64,000 nucleotides of DNA from an uncultured Desulfobacteraceae bacterium (GTDB taxonomy: Bacteria; Desulfobacterota; DSM-4660; Desulfatiglandales; Desulfatiglandaceae): assembly GCA_964581175.1 (NCBI GenBank), contig CAZONI010000005.1, positions 22,225 through 86,224 of the forward strand, read 5' to 3'. A program made the translations under genes and the position numbers. Every line of letters starts with the position of its first letter. Within the stretch, counting starts at the first letter, position 1. The notes beneath the pieces are model-generated. The model was given only the letters and a program-made list of their open reading frames with translations, made no database searches and was not told where the DNA came from. Below, piece by piece: positions 20,624-31,051 of this stretch.

Positions 20624-23203
20624 TCACACGACCATGTTGACCAGTCTTCCCCTGACCACGATCACTTTCTTGAGCCGCTTTTCACCTATGAAGCGCTGCA
20701 CCCGGTCATCTGCGAGGGCGGCTGTCTTGAGTTCCTCGTCTCCGAAAGAAATGGGAACCTCGATTCTGCTCCGCACCTTTCCATTTACCTGCAATACCAC
20801 CAGCTTGCTCTCAACGCTCAACGCCTCTTCTCTATGTGCGGGCCATTGGGCCTTTTGGATGCTCCCCTCTTGACCCAGCATCTGCCAGAGTTCTTCAGTC
20901 ATGTGCGGCGCTACTGGAGAAAGCAGGACAACAATCGCGTCCACTGCTTCCCGCAATACGGACAAAGCCCGTGCATCCCTGCTTCTGTTTTCAATCCCAA
21001 GAAACTGATAGACTTCGTTCACCAACTCCATGACCGCGGAAATGGCTGTGTTGAAATGGAAGCGATCCTCGATATCACTGGTTACTTTCTTGATGGTCTG
21101 GTGGGTCTTTCTATGAATCTTCCTGAGATCCTCAGAAAGCTCATCTCCTCCTTTAAATGTTTTGGCTGTCTTAATGTCTTCCAGGTTGTCCGCGATGAGA
21201 CGCCAGACACGGTTCAGAAATCGATAGGCCCCTTCTACACCCTGATCGTTCCACTCCAGGTCCTTCTCAGGAGGTGACGCAAACAAGCAGAACATCCTCA
21301 CCGTGTCCGCTCCATAAGTATCAATAAGCGCCTGGGGGTCGACGACGTTTTTCTTGGACTTGGACATCTTTACGGTCTTTCCGGTAACGACCGGAGTGCC
21401 GCACAAAGAGCATCGTCCGTCTTCCACTTCCTGTGGAAAGAGGTACCCATGCCTGGGGCACTCCTGGGTCTCCTTGCAGACCATCCCCTGGGTAAGGAGA
21501 TTGGTGAACGGTTCACGCACGTTCAGATAGTCCAAATTCCTCAGAACCCTCGTGTAAAATCTTGAGTAGAGCAAATGAAGAATAGCGTGTTCTATACCAC
21601 CGATATACTGATCCACCGGCATCCAGTAGTCTACTCTTTTCCTGTCCAGAGGTCCATTTACGTAATCCGGGCAGGCATAACGGTCAAAATACCAGGAGGA
21701 TTCGACAAACGTATCCATGGTATCCGTTTCCCTCCTCGCCTCTTCTCCACACTTGGGGCAAACGGCCTTATAGAAAGAGGCCTCGAAAGGCAAAGGAGAC
21801 CCCCCGTTCGGCCTCATATCAAGATCCAGTGGAAGCACCACAGGCAGATCCTCTTCAGGAACAGGAACGGTGCCGCACCGGTCACAGTACAAAATTGGGA
21901 TGGGAGCCCCCCAATAACGCTGCCGGGAAATTCCCCAGTCTCTGAGCCGGTAATTCACTGTTTTGTAGCCCAGCCCTTTTGACTCCAGGTAGCCCGCTAT
22001 CTCGTCAAGAGCGGCGAGATTTCGCTGACCGTTGAACGGACCGCTGTTGACCAGGATGCCCTCATCCACGTAGGCTTCGGTCATATCGTCTTCATCCAGT
22101 TCGCGGTCCGGGGGGCTGATTACGACCCTGAGGGGGAGATCATACTTCTTCGCGAATTCGAAATCTCGCTGATCATGTGTCGGGACCGCCATGATTGCCC
22201 CGGTACCGTACTCGGCAAGGACGAAGTTGGCGACGTAAATAGGGATCTGCTCATTTGTCATGGGGTTCAGGCAGTACCTTCCGGTAAACATGCCTTCTTT
22301 TACCGTAAAATCAGCGGTCCGTATGAAGCTGTCCATCTTCAGGGTTTTCTCAATAAAGGCGATGACCTCTTTTTCTTGCGGCAATCCCTTTACCAGGTCG
22401 CGGACCATGGGGTGCTCAGGGGCGAAACAAAGGAACGTGGCCCCGTAAAGGGTATCCTGTCTGGTAGTAAAGACCTCTATGACCTGCTCCGATTGCGGGA
22501 CCGGGAATCGAATGATCGCCCCAATGCTCTTCCCTATCCAATTGCGCTGCATTGTCAACACACGGTCAGGCCATCCCGGCAGTTTCTCGCAATACTCCAG
22601 GATTTCCTCAGCGTAGTCAGTAATCTTCAGAAACCAGCTGTCCATCTCCCTGATGACTACTTCTTCATCGGTATGACGCCAGCAGCAACCGTTTTCCACC
22701 TGTTCATTCGCGAGGACACTCTGGCATTTTTCACACCAATTGACATGCGTTCGCTTCTTGTATGCAAGCCCCTTTTCATACATTTTGAGGAAAATGAGCT
22801 GTTCCCATCGATAATATTCGGGATCGCACGTGGCCAGCTCACGCTCCCAGTCGTAGCTGAATCCCATCCTCTTGAGCTGGGTCTTCATGGCCCGGATGTT
22901 GTCATAGGTCCATTTGGCCGGATGAGTCTTATTCTCGATCGCCGCATTTTCCGCGGGCATGCCAAAGGCATCCCATCCCATGGGATGGAGAACATTTTTT
23001 CCGCGCATCCTCATGTATCTTGCGACCACATCCCCGATGGTGTAGTTGCGTACGTGGCCCATATGAATCTTTCCCGAAGGATAAGGGAACATCTCCAGGA
23101 GATAATATTTTTCCCTGTCCGGGTCTTCGAACGTCTGAAACAGTTTTTCCTGCGCCCAGATTTCCTGCCATTTCTCTTCTAGTTGTTGGGGGTGGTACTT
23201 CAT
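20624..23203 (-). CDS. leuS: leucine--tRNA ligase
   Basis: HMGHVRNY (HIGH) and VKMSKSKKN (KMSKS) motifs, 859 aa. Confidence 0.97.
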   Translation of the reverse strand: MKYHPQQLEEKWQEIWAQEKLFQTFEDPDREKYYLLEMFPYPSGKIHMGHVRNYTIGDVVARYMRMRGKNVLHPMGWDAFGMPAENAAIENKTHPAKWTYDNIRAMKTQLKRMGFSYDWERELATCDPEYYRWEQLIFLKMYEKGLAYKKRTHVNWCEKCQSVLANEQVENGCCWRHTDEEVVIREMDSWFLKITDYAEEILEYCEKLPGWPDRVLTMQRNWIGKSIGAIIRFPVPQSEQVIEVFTTRQDTLYGATFLCFAPEHPMVRDLVKGLPQEKEVIAFIEKTLKMDSFIRTADFTVKEGMFTGRYCLNPMTNEQIPIYVANFVLAEYGTGAIMAVPTHDQRDFEFAKKYDLPLRVVISPPDRELDEDDMTEAYVDEGILVNSGPFNGQRNLAALDEIAGYLESKGLGYKTVNYRLRDWGISRQRYWGAPIPILYCDRCGTVPVPEEDLPVVLPLDLDMRPNGGSPLPFEASFYKAVCPKCGEEARRETDTMDTFVESSWYFDRYACPDYVNGPLDRKRVDYWMPVDQYIGGIEHAILHLLYSRFYTRVLRNLDYLNVREPFTNLLTQGMVCKETQECPRHGYLFPQEVEDGRCSLCGTPVVTGKTVKMSKSKKNVVDPQALIDTYGADTVRMFCLFASPPEKDLEWNDQGVEGAYRFLNRVWRLIADNLEDIKTAKTFKGGDELSEDLRKIHRKTHQTIKKVTSDIEDRFHFNTAISAVMELVNEVYQFLGIENRSRDARALSVLREAVDAIVVLLSPVAPHMTEELWQMLGQEGSIQKAQWPAHREEALSVESKLVVLQVNGKVRSRIEVPISFGDEELKTAALADDRVQRFIGEKRLKKVIVVRGRLVNMVV

Positions 23204-23317
23204 CTTCTACCAGTCCTTCCTCTCAATTGCCTGTCGCTGCCAGCGTCTTTCGTAGTCGCGGTGAAACATCCCATCCGCACCGGTGAACAAACATTCTACC
23301 ACGTCCTCTCATTCCAT

Positions 23318-23884
23318 TCAGACAACAACGATTGAACAAGAGTCCAGGTAACCAAATGTACTTTTCAAGGTCTCCGCGATGCCTTCAAGAGAGCCCTGCA
23401 AGGCACGTGGAAAAGAAAAGACCGTCTTGAGGTAACACTCGGATTCCGCTCCGTAGATTTCTTCATATGGACGCAGCAGGGTGATACAGGCGTCGCGATA
23501 GAAAGCGGTCGGGTCTGTGCCGGCGTCATGCGGAAGCGGAATCCAGACAACCATGTCTCTGATCTTGAGTTTTGCGAGAGAATGCCCAAGCTCTCCGACA
23601 CATCTGAGAAAGACCTCAGGAGAACAATCCGCCTTCGGACCGAGGCCTTTCAGAAGGATCTTGTCAGCCTTGATCCTTCCTTCAGATGCCAGCAAAATCG
23701 TGCTCCCGAGAGAACCTTTGAAGAACCCGGATTCCTCAAGAAAAGTAAGATATCCGCCCGTGCGGGAGTTGAGGGAAAAAATGGCGCCCTGGGAATCAAA
23801 GGGTTCCTGGAAGACCAAAGCCGCCACGGCCTCACACCAAAGGTCTTCCAGAGAGACTTCCACGAAGCGTAAATCTAATTTCAT
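23318..23884 (-). CDS. hypothetical protein resembling a standalone leucyl-aminopeptidase (M17) N-terminal/macro-like domain
   Basis: 188 aa. The pattern ...AVAALVF...GSLGSTILLAS...ADKILLKGLGPK... recalls Peptidase_M17_N. No catalytic domain follows. Confidence 0.5.
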   Translation of the reverse strand: MKLDLRFVEVSLEDLWCEAVAALVFQEPFDSQGAIFSLNSRTGGYLTFLEESGFFKGSLGSTILLASEGRIKADKILLKGLGPKADCSPEVFLRCVGELGHSLAKLKIRDMVVWIPLPHDAGTDPTAFYRDACITLLRPYEEIYGAESECYLKTVFSFPRALQGSLEGIAETLKSTFGYLDSCSIVVV

Positions 23885-23964
23885 CGTAATAGAACCGGAA
23901 CAGACTCATGAGAAACGAGAGCACTTAGGGCCCTCGAAATACAGAGCGTTTTCGACCTTGCAGG

Positions 23965-24387
23965 TTATTGAGCGGCGTCGCTTCCCCGCAATGTGTTGAA
24001 GATATCGTCCAGGATTCCGTTGATGAACTTTCCGGACTCGGCATTGCCGAATCGTTTTCCAAGTTCAACCGCTTCATCGATTGATACCTTTGGGGGAATG
24101 TCTTCTCTATAGAGGATTTCAAAAACCGCCAGACGCAGGATCGACCGGTCAAGCCGGGACATCCTCTCCAGCCGCCAGTTCCTGGACGACCGCCTGATCA
24201 TGCAGTCTATTTCCTCCTTTTTCTCACAGGTCCCGAGCACGAGATCCCGGGCAAAGGCACGACCGGATTTCTTTCCAAAAAAGTTGTCGCACACGAGATC
24301 AAAGGCCGTGGATACTTCTTCCTGGAGAAATTCCAGGCAAAATAGGACCTGGATCGCCAATTCGCGTGCCTTTCTACGACTCCCCAT
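23965..24387 (-). CDS. nusB: transcription antitermination factor NusB
   Basis: RRKARELAIQVLF start and 140 aa. Downstream of ribH, as in many bacteria. Confidence 0.9.
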   Translation of the reverse strand: MGSRRKARELAIQVLFCLEFLQEEVSTAFDLVCDNFFGKKSGRAFARDLVLGTCEKKEEIDCMIRRSSRNWRLERMSRLDRSILRLAVFEILYREDIPPKVSIDEAVELGKRFGNAESGKFINGILDDIFNTLRGSDAAQ

Positions 24388-24437
24388 GCCAGTTACCCGG
24401 GCGGAAGAAACCGCGGTGGATGGACCATGTTCGCGGT

Positions 24438-24905
24438 TCAGGCCAACTCTCGAAAAAGATTTGCCATTTCCATGGCGGCCACGGCAGCTTCATAGCCCTT
24501 GTTGCCCGCCTTGGACCCGGCACGTTCAATGGCCTGTTCCAGGTTATCCGTGGTCAGGACGCCAAACGTTACAGGGATGTTGCTTTCCAGGGCTACCGAA
24601 GCGATTCCCTTGGAAACCTCGGCCGCCACATACTCAAAATGAGGAGTGGCGCCCCTGATCACCGCCCCGAGACAGACAACAGCATCATACTTCCCGCTCT
24701 TCGCGATCTTTTTTGCGACGAGGGGTATTTCAAAGGCTCCGGGCACCTTCAACAGGGTAATCTCTTTCTCATCAGCGCCATGCCGGACGAGGGCATCCAT
24801 CGCCCCATCTGCAAGTCTGGAACTGATAAAATCATTAAACCGACTCACGATCACTGCAAAACGCAGCCCGGCTGCTGACAACTTCCCTTCAAGAACCCGC
24901 GGCAT
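24438..24905 (-). CDS. ribH: 6,7-dimethyl-8-ribityllumazine synthase
   Basis: FAVIVSRFN...VPGAFEIP...[15 protein letters not shown]. Start moved to ATG 24905. Confidence 0.92.
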   Translation of the reverse strand: MPRVLEGKLSAAGLRFAVIVSRFNDFISSRLADGAMDALVRHGADEKEITLLKVPGAFEIPLVAKKIAKSGKYDAVVCLGAVIRGATPHFEYVAAEVSKGIASVALESNIPVTFGVLTTDNLEQAIERAGSKAGNKGYEAAVAAMEMANLFRELA

Positions 24906-24996
24906 GTTCGGTTCCTCCCTGCTCATTTCCCATCTGGTTTCCATCCATAAATGCCTGTTACTTCACTGCACCTTTTTGGCCCCTCTGTCTGAACCC

Positions 24997-26220
24997 TTAC
25001 TTCTCTTCGACGATGTGCATCAGGTGTCCAAGCTTCTGGCACTTGGTCAAAAGATATCTCATATTCTCAGTCCTCGGTTCTATTTCAATGGGGACCCTTC
25101 CTGTTACCTCGAGTCCATATCCTTCAAGTCCGACAAGCTTCTTCGGATTATTGGTCAGCAAGCGCATCTTTTTCACTCCGAGGGTCACCAGTATCTGCGC
25201 CCCGACGCCATAGTTTCTCAAATCAGGCGCAAAGCCCAATTCCTCATTGGCTTCAACCGTATCAAGCCCCTTGTCCTGAAGCGCATAAGCTTTCAGCTTG
25301 TTAGCCAAGCCGATCCCCCTGCCCTCCTGCATCAGGTAGAGCACGACCCCCAGCCCCTTCTCCTGAATCACCTCCATTGCCTTCTGAAGCTGCTCCCCAC
25401 AATCACAACGGTAGGAACCGAAAACATCCCCGGTCAGGCATTCAGAATGCACACGGACCAGAACCTCCTTTTCCGGGCTGATATCTCCCTTCACCAGCGC
25501 GAGATGTTCGTACTCATCGATATCATTGACAAAAGCCATAGCCTTGAACTCTCCGAAAGGGGTGGGCAACATCGTCTCGGCAGCCTTGTGGACAAAGGAT
25601 TCAGTTCGCATGCGGTATTCGATGATATCTGCCACCGTGGCAATCTTCATGTCGTGTTCCCGTGCAAATACCTCCAGATCCGGCAACCTTGCCATTGTGC
25701 CATCATCTTTCATGATCTCGCAGATCACCGCCGCAGGCTTCAGGCCGGCGAGCCCGGCAAGATCCACAGACCCTTCTGTCTGGCCTGTCCTGAAGAGGAC
25801 ACCGCCCCTCCGGGCCCTGAGGGGAAAAATATGCCCGGGCTGGACCAGATCTTCGGGCCGGGAATCATCCCGCACAGCCGTTAGTATGGTATGGGCCCTG
25901 TCGGCCGCTGATATGCCGGTGGTCACCCCCGATCGCGCCTCAATGGAAACGGTGAAAGCCGTTTTGAATGTTGAGCGATTGTCATACACCATCAAGGGAA
26001 GCTGCAGTCTTTCTACAATTTCCGGGTGCAGTGCCAGGCAGATCAGTCCTCTCCCGAATCGTGCCATAAAATTGATGACTTCCGGGGTCACTTTCTCTGC
26101 CGCAATGGTAAGATCGCCCTCATTTTCCCGATCTTCATCATCGATCAGGATAACCATCTTACCCTGTCTCATATCCTCCAGGACTTCTTCTATCTTTGCC
26201 ATTAGCATCTTATTCGCCAA
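24997..26220 (-). CDS. ribBA: bifunctional 3,4-dihydroxy-2-butanone-4-phosphate synthase / GTP cyclohydrolase II
   Basis: [11 protein letters not shown] (DHBP synthase) and [18 protein letters not shown] (GCH II zinc site). The true start may be one of the ATGs 12-18 nt downstream of 26220. Confidence 0.95.
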   Translation of the reverse strand: MANKMLMAKIEEVLEDMRQGKMVILIDDEDRENEGDLTIAAEKVTPEVINFMARFGRGLICLALHPEIVERLQLPLMVYDNRSTFKTAFTVSIEARSGVTTGISAADRAHTILTAVRDDSRPEDLVQPGHIFPLRARRGGVLFRTGQTEGSVDLAGLAGLKPAAVICEIMKDDGTMARLPDLEVFAREHDMKIATVADIIEYRMRTESFVHKAAETMLPTPFGEFKAMAFVNDIDEYEHLALVKGDISPEKEVLVRVHSECLTGDVFGSYRCDCGEQLQKAMEVIQEKGLGVVLYLMQEGRGIGLANKLKAYALQDKGLDTVEANEELGFAPDLRNYGVGAQILVTLGVKKMRLLTNNPKKLVGLEGYGLEVTGRVPIEIEPRTENMRYLLTKCQKLGHLMHIVEEK

Positions 26221-26872
26221 ATCCGTATTTTGTAAGCATCTCCCCCGTTATACCGGAGGATGCCTCTCCGGGTGCAGGAGATCGCTTGTCTTGGAAAAAT
26301 TTTTCCACATACTTTCCGATCAAATCAACCTCAATATTGACCGGGTCTCCCGTGTGCTTATTGAGAATAGTCGTTTCCCTCGCGGTCTCCGGAATGATAT
26401 TCACTTCAAAAAACGTCTCCCCGCATTGATTGACGGTGAGGCTGATACCATCCACGGCTATGGAACCCTTTTCAATGATGTACCGAAAAAGCTTCTTTTC
26501 CATCTGCACTCTCAGGAACCAGGACCTGTCTCTCTGCTCCTTCCTGACAATCTTTCCCGTGCCGTCCACGTGACCCGCCACCAGGTGTCCCCCGAGGCGG
26601 TCAGACAGGCGGAGCGCCCTTTCGAGATTTACCTCTTCCCTTTCTTTCAGAAAAGCCAATGTGCTCCTGGAAAGGGTCTCACCGGACACATCCACGCTGA
26701 AACCGTCAGGTCCGATCGCCGTCACGGTCAGGCAGACCCCGTTTACCGAGATGCTCTCCCCCAGGGAGCAGCCACCCATAGAGAACAGGGGGGCGATGGC
26801 TATCCTCATGTCGCCCCCGCCCCGCTGGATCGACTTGACCTTTCCTTTCCCTTCAATCAAACCGGTAAACAT
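26210..26872 (-). CDS. ribE: riboflavin synthase
   Basis: MFTGLIE start and duplicated lumazine-binding repeats (VNGVCLTV / VDGISLTV). Confidence 0.9.
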   Translation of the reverse strand: MFTGLIEGKGKVKSIQRGGGDMRIAIAPLFSMGGCSLGESISVNGVCLTVTAIGPDGFSVDVSGETLSRSTLAFLKEREEVNLERALRLSDRLGGHLVAGHVDGTGKIVRKEQRDRSWFLRVQMEKKLFRYIIEKGSIAVDGISLTVNQCGETFFEVNIIPETARETTILNKHTGDPVNIEVDLIGKYVEKFFQDKRSPAPGEASSGITGEMLTKYGFGE

Positions 26873-26914
26873 GATCCGGAGAGCCCTTCTCTATCCTTCC
26901 AGAGCTGATAGATT

Positions 26915-28036
26915 TCACGATGCAGCGGCATAATCGGGGTATCCCACCACGAGGATATCATCGCCGAAACGCTTCACGCGGATATCCTTGAGGAACACAC
27001 TCTCTTTCATCATCCGCGGGCCCGGTCCCGAGGCCATGGGTACCCCATCTCCACCGCCGAGCAGCCTGGGCGCTTTGAAGATGTAAAATTTGTCCACAAG
27101 CCTTCCTCGCAAGAGGGACCCGATAATGCCCGCTCCTCCTTCCACGAGAAGGCTGGTGATCATTTTCTCTCCCAGTATATCCAGCAGGGATTCCATGTCA
27201 ATTCTGCCTTGCCTTGTGGGGCAGTTGACCACGGTATTTTTCCCCTTCTCAAAATCGCGGACGACGCCTTTATTCATCCCGGAACCGACCACCCACATCG
27301 TGCCCGTAGAGGATTCCTGCTTTATGATACGCGCCTGGGCCGGCGTTCTTAAATGGGTGTCCACAACTATCCTCAAGGGGTCCTTTCCTTTACCATGCTT
27401 CGGCCGGCAGGTCAATCGGGGATCATCGGCAAGGATGGTCCCGATCCCCACCATAACGGCGTCAACGCGATTCCTCAGTTGATGAACGTACTCCCTGGAT
27501 CGTTCATTGGTAATCCATCTTGAATCTCCACCGGAAGTGGCGGTCCAGCCGTCCAGTGTCTGGGCCGATTTCACCATCACAAACGGTCTTCCTGACGAGA
27601 CATACTTCACGAAGTCCTCGTTCAGTTCACGGCACTCGGCCTCGAGCACGCCGAACTCCACCTGGATATGGTGTTCGGCCAGGAATGCCGCCCCACCGCC
27701 TCTCACCCCGGGGTTGGGATCCCTCATCCCGATCACCACTCTTTTTATACCACTCGCGAGTATCGCCTCCGTGCAGGGCGGCGTTCGTCCAAAATGATTG
27801 CACGGCTCAAGGGTCACGTACATGGCCGCGCCCGGGGCGTTTCCTCCCAGTCTCTTCAGGGCCTCTATTTCCGCATGGGGCGCCCCTGCTCTCCGGTGAT
27901 ATCCCTTCGAAAGAACATTTCCATCTCTCACAATGACCGCCCCTACGGCAGGATTGGGAGACGTTCGTCCCGATCCTTTCCTTGCCAGGCGGATGGCCTC
28001 TCTCATGAACCGAATATCAACATTGTGCTGAAACAT
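26915..28036 (-). CDS. ribD: bifunctional riboflavin-biosynthesis deaminase/reductase
   Basis: HAEIEAL...TLEPCNHFGRTPPC deaminase zinc motif plus a C-terminal reductase domain. Confidence 0.92.
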   Translation of the reverse strand: MFQHNVDIRFMREAIRLARKGSGRTSPNPAVGAVIVRDGNVLSKGYHRRAGAPHAEIEALKRLGGNAPGAAMYVTLEPCNHFGRTPPCTEAILASGIKRVVIGMRDPNPGVRGGGAAFLAEHHIQVEFGVLEAECRELNEDFVKYVSSGRPFVMVKSAQTLDGWTATSGGDSRWITNERSREYVHQLRNRVDAVMVGIGTILADDPRLTCRPKHGKGKDPLRIVVDTHLRTPAQARIIKQESSTGTMWVVGSGMNKGVVRDFEKGKNTVVNCPTRQGRIDMESLLDILGEKMITSLLVEGGAGIIGSLLRGRLVDKFYIFKAPRLLGGGDGVPMASGPGPRMMKESVFLKDIRVKRFGDDILVVGYPDYAAAS

Positions 28037-28110
28037 TATAGGATATAGATATTTTCAGCGAAACACCAGGGCATAGTGAGCCTCGTTTTGCCGAAAAACC
28101 CCCGCATCGA

Positions 28111-28276
28111 ATGCCAAATGACAAAATCCAAATGTCAAATCATTGTCAAAATCCTGGTGCACAAAAGCGCCAGGAAATTTCCTATTTATCCGGGTTACAG
28201 GCCAAAGAACGATATTTGCCTAAGATGACATTTGTCATTGGTTATTCATTTGACATTTGGATTTTGTCATTTGGCA
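28111..28276. repeat. MITE-like inverted-repeat element, copy A (CAAATGNCAAA-motif family)
   Basis: Perfect 29-bp terminal inverted repeats: 28111-28139 ATGCCAAATGACAAAATCCAAATGTCAAAT and its reverse complement at 28248-28276. Extra degenerate motif copies lie inside. Internal 8-bp hairpin at 28153-28174. Shares a 21-nt identical block with copy B. Confidence 0.7.
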
Positions 28277-28351
28277 TTACTACGATTACAAGAATCACAG
28301 GGGACGAAAATACCCTACCATGGTCATCCAGCTATGCCGTACCTCTCCCTC

Positions 28352-28822
28352 TCAATGTCCCGCCTCTTTTCTCGCTTCGAGGATCTCTTCCAGCTCGGCC
28401 ATGAATTCCTTGATATCCTTGAATTGCCTGTATACCGAGGCGAACCGAACATACGCCACTTCATCCCATTCCCTGAGTTTCTGGATGACTCTCTCGCCTA
28501 TTTCCGAACAGTCGATCTCTTTTTTCCCCAGATCCTGGAAGTACAATTCAAGACTGTCCACGAATTCCTCAATTTTCGTGACGCTGATGGGTCGTTTTTG
28601 ACAGGCCTTGCGGATCCCGGCAATTATCTTTTCCCGGTTGAACGGCTCCCGCCTCCCGTCCTTTTTCACGACCATCGGAAGGACATCCTCAAGCTTTTCG
28701 TATGTGGTAAAACGCCTCCCGCATTCGATACATTCCCGGCGCCGCCGTATGGTCCTGCCGTCCTTGCTCAACCTGGAATCAATCACCTTGTTGTTGATTT
28801 CACCGCAATACGGGCACTTCAT
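28352..28822 (-). CDS. nrdR: transcriptional repressor NrdR
   Basis: MKCPYCG...zinc ribbon plus an ATP-cone domain, 156 aa. Confidence 0.92.
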   Translation of the reverse strand: MKCPYCGEINNKVIDSRLSKDGRTIRRRRECIECGRRFTTYEKLEDVLPMVVKKDGRREPFNREKIIAGIRKACQKRPISVTKIEEFVDSLELYFQDLGKKEIDCSEIGERVIQKLREWDEVAYVRFASVYRQFKDIKEFMAELEEILEARKEAGH

Positions 28823-29265
28823 GGATGAAACCTCACCATATCTATAGAAGCTTCCGCCAGCATCTGGTCGGCCAAGGGATCGTCGTAGCCTTCCTCATAG
28901 TGCACTTGCGTGATCCCGGCATTGATAATCATTTTCGAGCAAATCACGCACGGTTTATTGGTGCAGTAGAGTGTTGACCCGCGGATGGATATTCCATGAT
29001 TGGCGGCCTGAATAATAGCATTCTGCTCCGCGTGGAGTCCCCTGCACAATTCGTGTCGCGTCCCGGACGGGATAGATGCGTCCTGCCTCAGACAACCTAC
29101 CTCGCCGCAATGCCTCAGACCGGCAGGAGCCCCGTTATATCCGGTTGCCAGTATCCTTTTGTCCTTAACGAGAATAGCGCCGACGTGTCTTCGCAAACAG
29201 GTGGATCTCGTGGCGACCACCTTTGTGATGGTCATAAAGTAGTCGTCCCAGGAAGGTCGCTCCAA
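28819..29265 (-). CDS. dCMP deaminase (ComEB family)
   Basis: HAEQNAI and PCVICSKMI zinc-binding motifs of cytidine/deoxycytidylate deaminases. Confidence 0.85.
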   Translation of the reverse strand: MERPSWDDYFMTITKVVATRSTCLRRHVGAILVKDKRILATGYNGAPAGLRHCGEVGCLRQDASIPSGTRHELCRGLHAEQNAIIQAANHGISIRGSTLYCTNKPCVICSKMIINAGITQVHYEEGYDDPLADQMLAEASIDMVRFHP

Positions 29266-30525
29266 TTATGTCTCCAAGCCGATTTCGCCGTAGATGGGAT
29301 ATGTGCCACAGAGTTCGGATACAACTTTTCGGGCGTTCTCCAGTACATTTTGCGAGGTCGGATTATCCAGGACCTTCTTGATCAGGCCTGCAATGGTTTT
29401 CATCTCCGGCACGCCCATGCCCCTGGTGCTGAGAGCGGGTGTTCCCAGCCTGATACCGCTGGTGACTTTCGGCCCTTTCGTGTCAAACGGGATCGTATTC
29501 TTGTTCACAACGATCCGCACCTCTCCCAGAATGCGCTCAGCCTCAGCACCGGTCATGCTTCTCCGGCTCAAGTCAACCAGCAGCAGGTGGTTTTCCGTTC
29601 CGCCCGAAACCAGATCGAATCCAAGTCCGTTCAGTTCCCCGGCAAGGGTCCTGGCATTGCGAACCACTCTTTTTTGGTATTCTGTAAACTGGGGCGTGAG
29701 CGCCTCTCCGAAGGCGACAGCCTTGGCGGCAATAACATGCATGAGCGGGCCACCCTGTATGCCCGGAAAAACAGCTCTATCCAGCCGCTCTCCATATTGT
29801 TCTTTCGCCAGCAAGATCCCGCCGCGGGGGCCCCGCAACGTTTTATGGGTCGTCGACGTGACAAAATCAGCCTCTTCCACCGGTGAAGGATGAAGCCCCG
29901 CCGCAACGAGGCCGGCGATATGTGCCATGTCCACCATCAAATGGGCATCAATTTCACGGGCAATCGTTCGAAACGCGTGGAAATCGATCATTCTCGGGTA
30001 AGCACTGGCCCCGGCAATGATCAGCCTCGGCTTGTGCTCTTTTGCCAGGTCTCTCACCTGGTCATAATCAATTCTCTGAGTTTGTCGTGACACCCCGTAG
30101 GAAAATGCTTCAAAAAGCTTTCCCGAAAAACTCACCGGGCTTCCGTGAGTCAGATGGCCCCCGTGGGAAAGGTCCATGCCCAGGATTCGGTCTCCAGGAT
30201 TCAGGAACGCGAGATAGACCGCCATGTTGGCCTGGGACCCGGAGTGGGGCTGCACGTTCGCGTACGGGGCGTGAAAGAGTCTTTTCAATCGTTCAATGGC
30301 CACCCTCTCCACCGTATCCGCATAATCGCACCCGCCATAATACCTGGACCCGGGATACCCTTCCGCGTACTTGTTCGTCAGCACGGTGGCCTGCGTCTGC
30401 ATCACGTCGAGGCTGGCATAATTCTCAGAAGCGATCATCACGAGACTTTCCTGCTCGCGTCTCAGTTCTCCACGGATTGCTTCGCATACCTCCCGATCCG
30501 ATATGTTCAAAACTCCCTCTTTCAA
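29266..30525 (-). CDS. glyA: serine hydroxymethyltransferase
   Basis: SHMT signature ...[15 protein letters not shown]..., 419 aa. Confidence 0.97.
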   Translation of the reverse strand: MKEGVLNISDREVCEAIRGELRREQESLVMIASENYASLDVMQTQATVLTNKYAEGYPGSRYYGGCDYADTVERVAIERLKRLFHAPYANVQPHSGSQANMAVYLAFLNPGDRILGMDLSHGGHLTHGSPVSFSGKLFEAFSYGVSRQTQRIDYDQVRDLAKEHKPRLIIAGASAYPRMIDFHAFRTIAREIDAHLMVDMAHIAGLVAAGLHPSPVEEADFVTSTTHKTLRGPRGGILLAKEQYGERLDRAVFPGIQGGPLMHVIAAKAVAFGEALTPQFTEYQKRVVRNARTLAGELNGLGFDLVSGGTENHLLLVDLSRRSMTGAEAERILGEVRIVVNKNTIPFDTKGPKVTSGIRLGTPALSTRGMGVPEMKTIAGLIKKVLDNPTSQNVLENARKVVSELCGTYPIYGEIGLET

Positions 30526-30528
30526 TTC

Positions 30529-30960
30529 CTATCCCTCAATCAGATCTATGCGGCGCTGATGCCGTCCACCTTCGAACGGGGTCTTCAGGAAGAGTTCGAC
30601 CATCTCCAAGCCTATGCCGACACCGATAACACGCCCACCCATGCACAGGAGATTGGCGTCATTATGGGCCCTGCCCAGTCTCGCAGTATACAGATTATGG
30701 CAGAGAGCGGCCCGAACGCCTTTGTGGCGATTGGCCGCAATACTCATACCCATGCCTGTTCCGCAGATCAATATGCCCCTGCTGAATTCTCCGCTTGAAA
30801 CTGCTCTCGACACCTCGTGGGCTATATCCGGATAATCAGACGAATCACGGCTGAACACCCCGGCATCTTGAACCGGATATTCCGCCAGCCCCTCAAGAAA
30901 AGACCTGCAGGCCTCCTTCAAATCAAACCCCGCGTGATCGGAGCCGATGATAATATTCAT
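30529..30960 (-). CDS. rpiB: ribose-5-phosphate isomerase B
   Basis: MNIIIGSDHAGFDLK...ILICGTGMGMSIAANR. Start moved to ATG 30960. Confidence 0.9.
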   Translation of the reverse strand: MNIIIGSDHAGFDLKEACRSFLEGLAEYPVQDAGVFSRDSSDYPDIAHEVSRAVSSGEFSRGILICGTGMGMSIAANRHKGVRAALCHNLYTARLGRAHNDANLLCMGGRVIGVGIGLEMVELFLKTPFEGGRHQRRIDLIEG

Positions 30961-31051
30961 GAAAACTCCTTCCCTCCAACGCATCGATCAGGTGAAATAC
31001 CGCGACGTGAATCACGACCGAGGCCGTCCGGACCGCCGAAGATCACCCGGA

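Noticed and set aside
28111-28276. Possible CRISPR array or tandem array formed by the CAAATGNCAAA motifs.
   Set aside because: The units are about 11-14 nt, irregularly spaced and partly overlapping, and they are arranged as inverted arms. There are no 25-40-nt repeats with unique spacers and no cas genes in the window.
28037-28351. FMN (RFN) riboswitch expected upstream of the ribD operon.
   Set aside because: Reading the minus strand, I could not find the conserved RFN core blocks as I recall them, such as the GGATGGGA and CCGACGGT-type segments. The gap is occupied by the inverted-repeat element. A covariance-model scan would settle it.
28111-28404. ORFs 28111..28404 (+) and 36767..37105 (-), which share the peptide PNDKIQM(S/P)N.
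   Set aside because: The shared peptide is just the CAAATGACAAAATCCAAATG repeat translated. There is no RBS or coding-like composition. I treat both as repeat artefacts, not a protein family.
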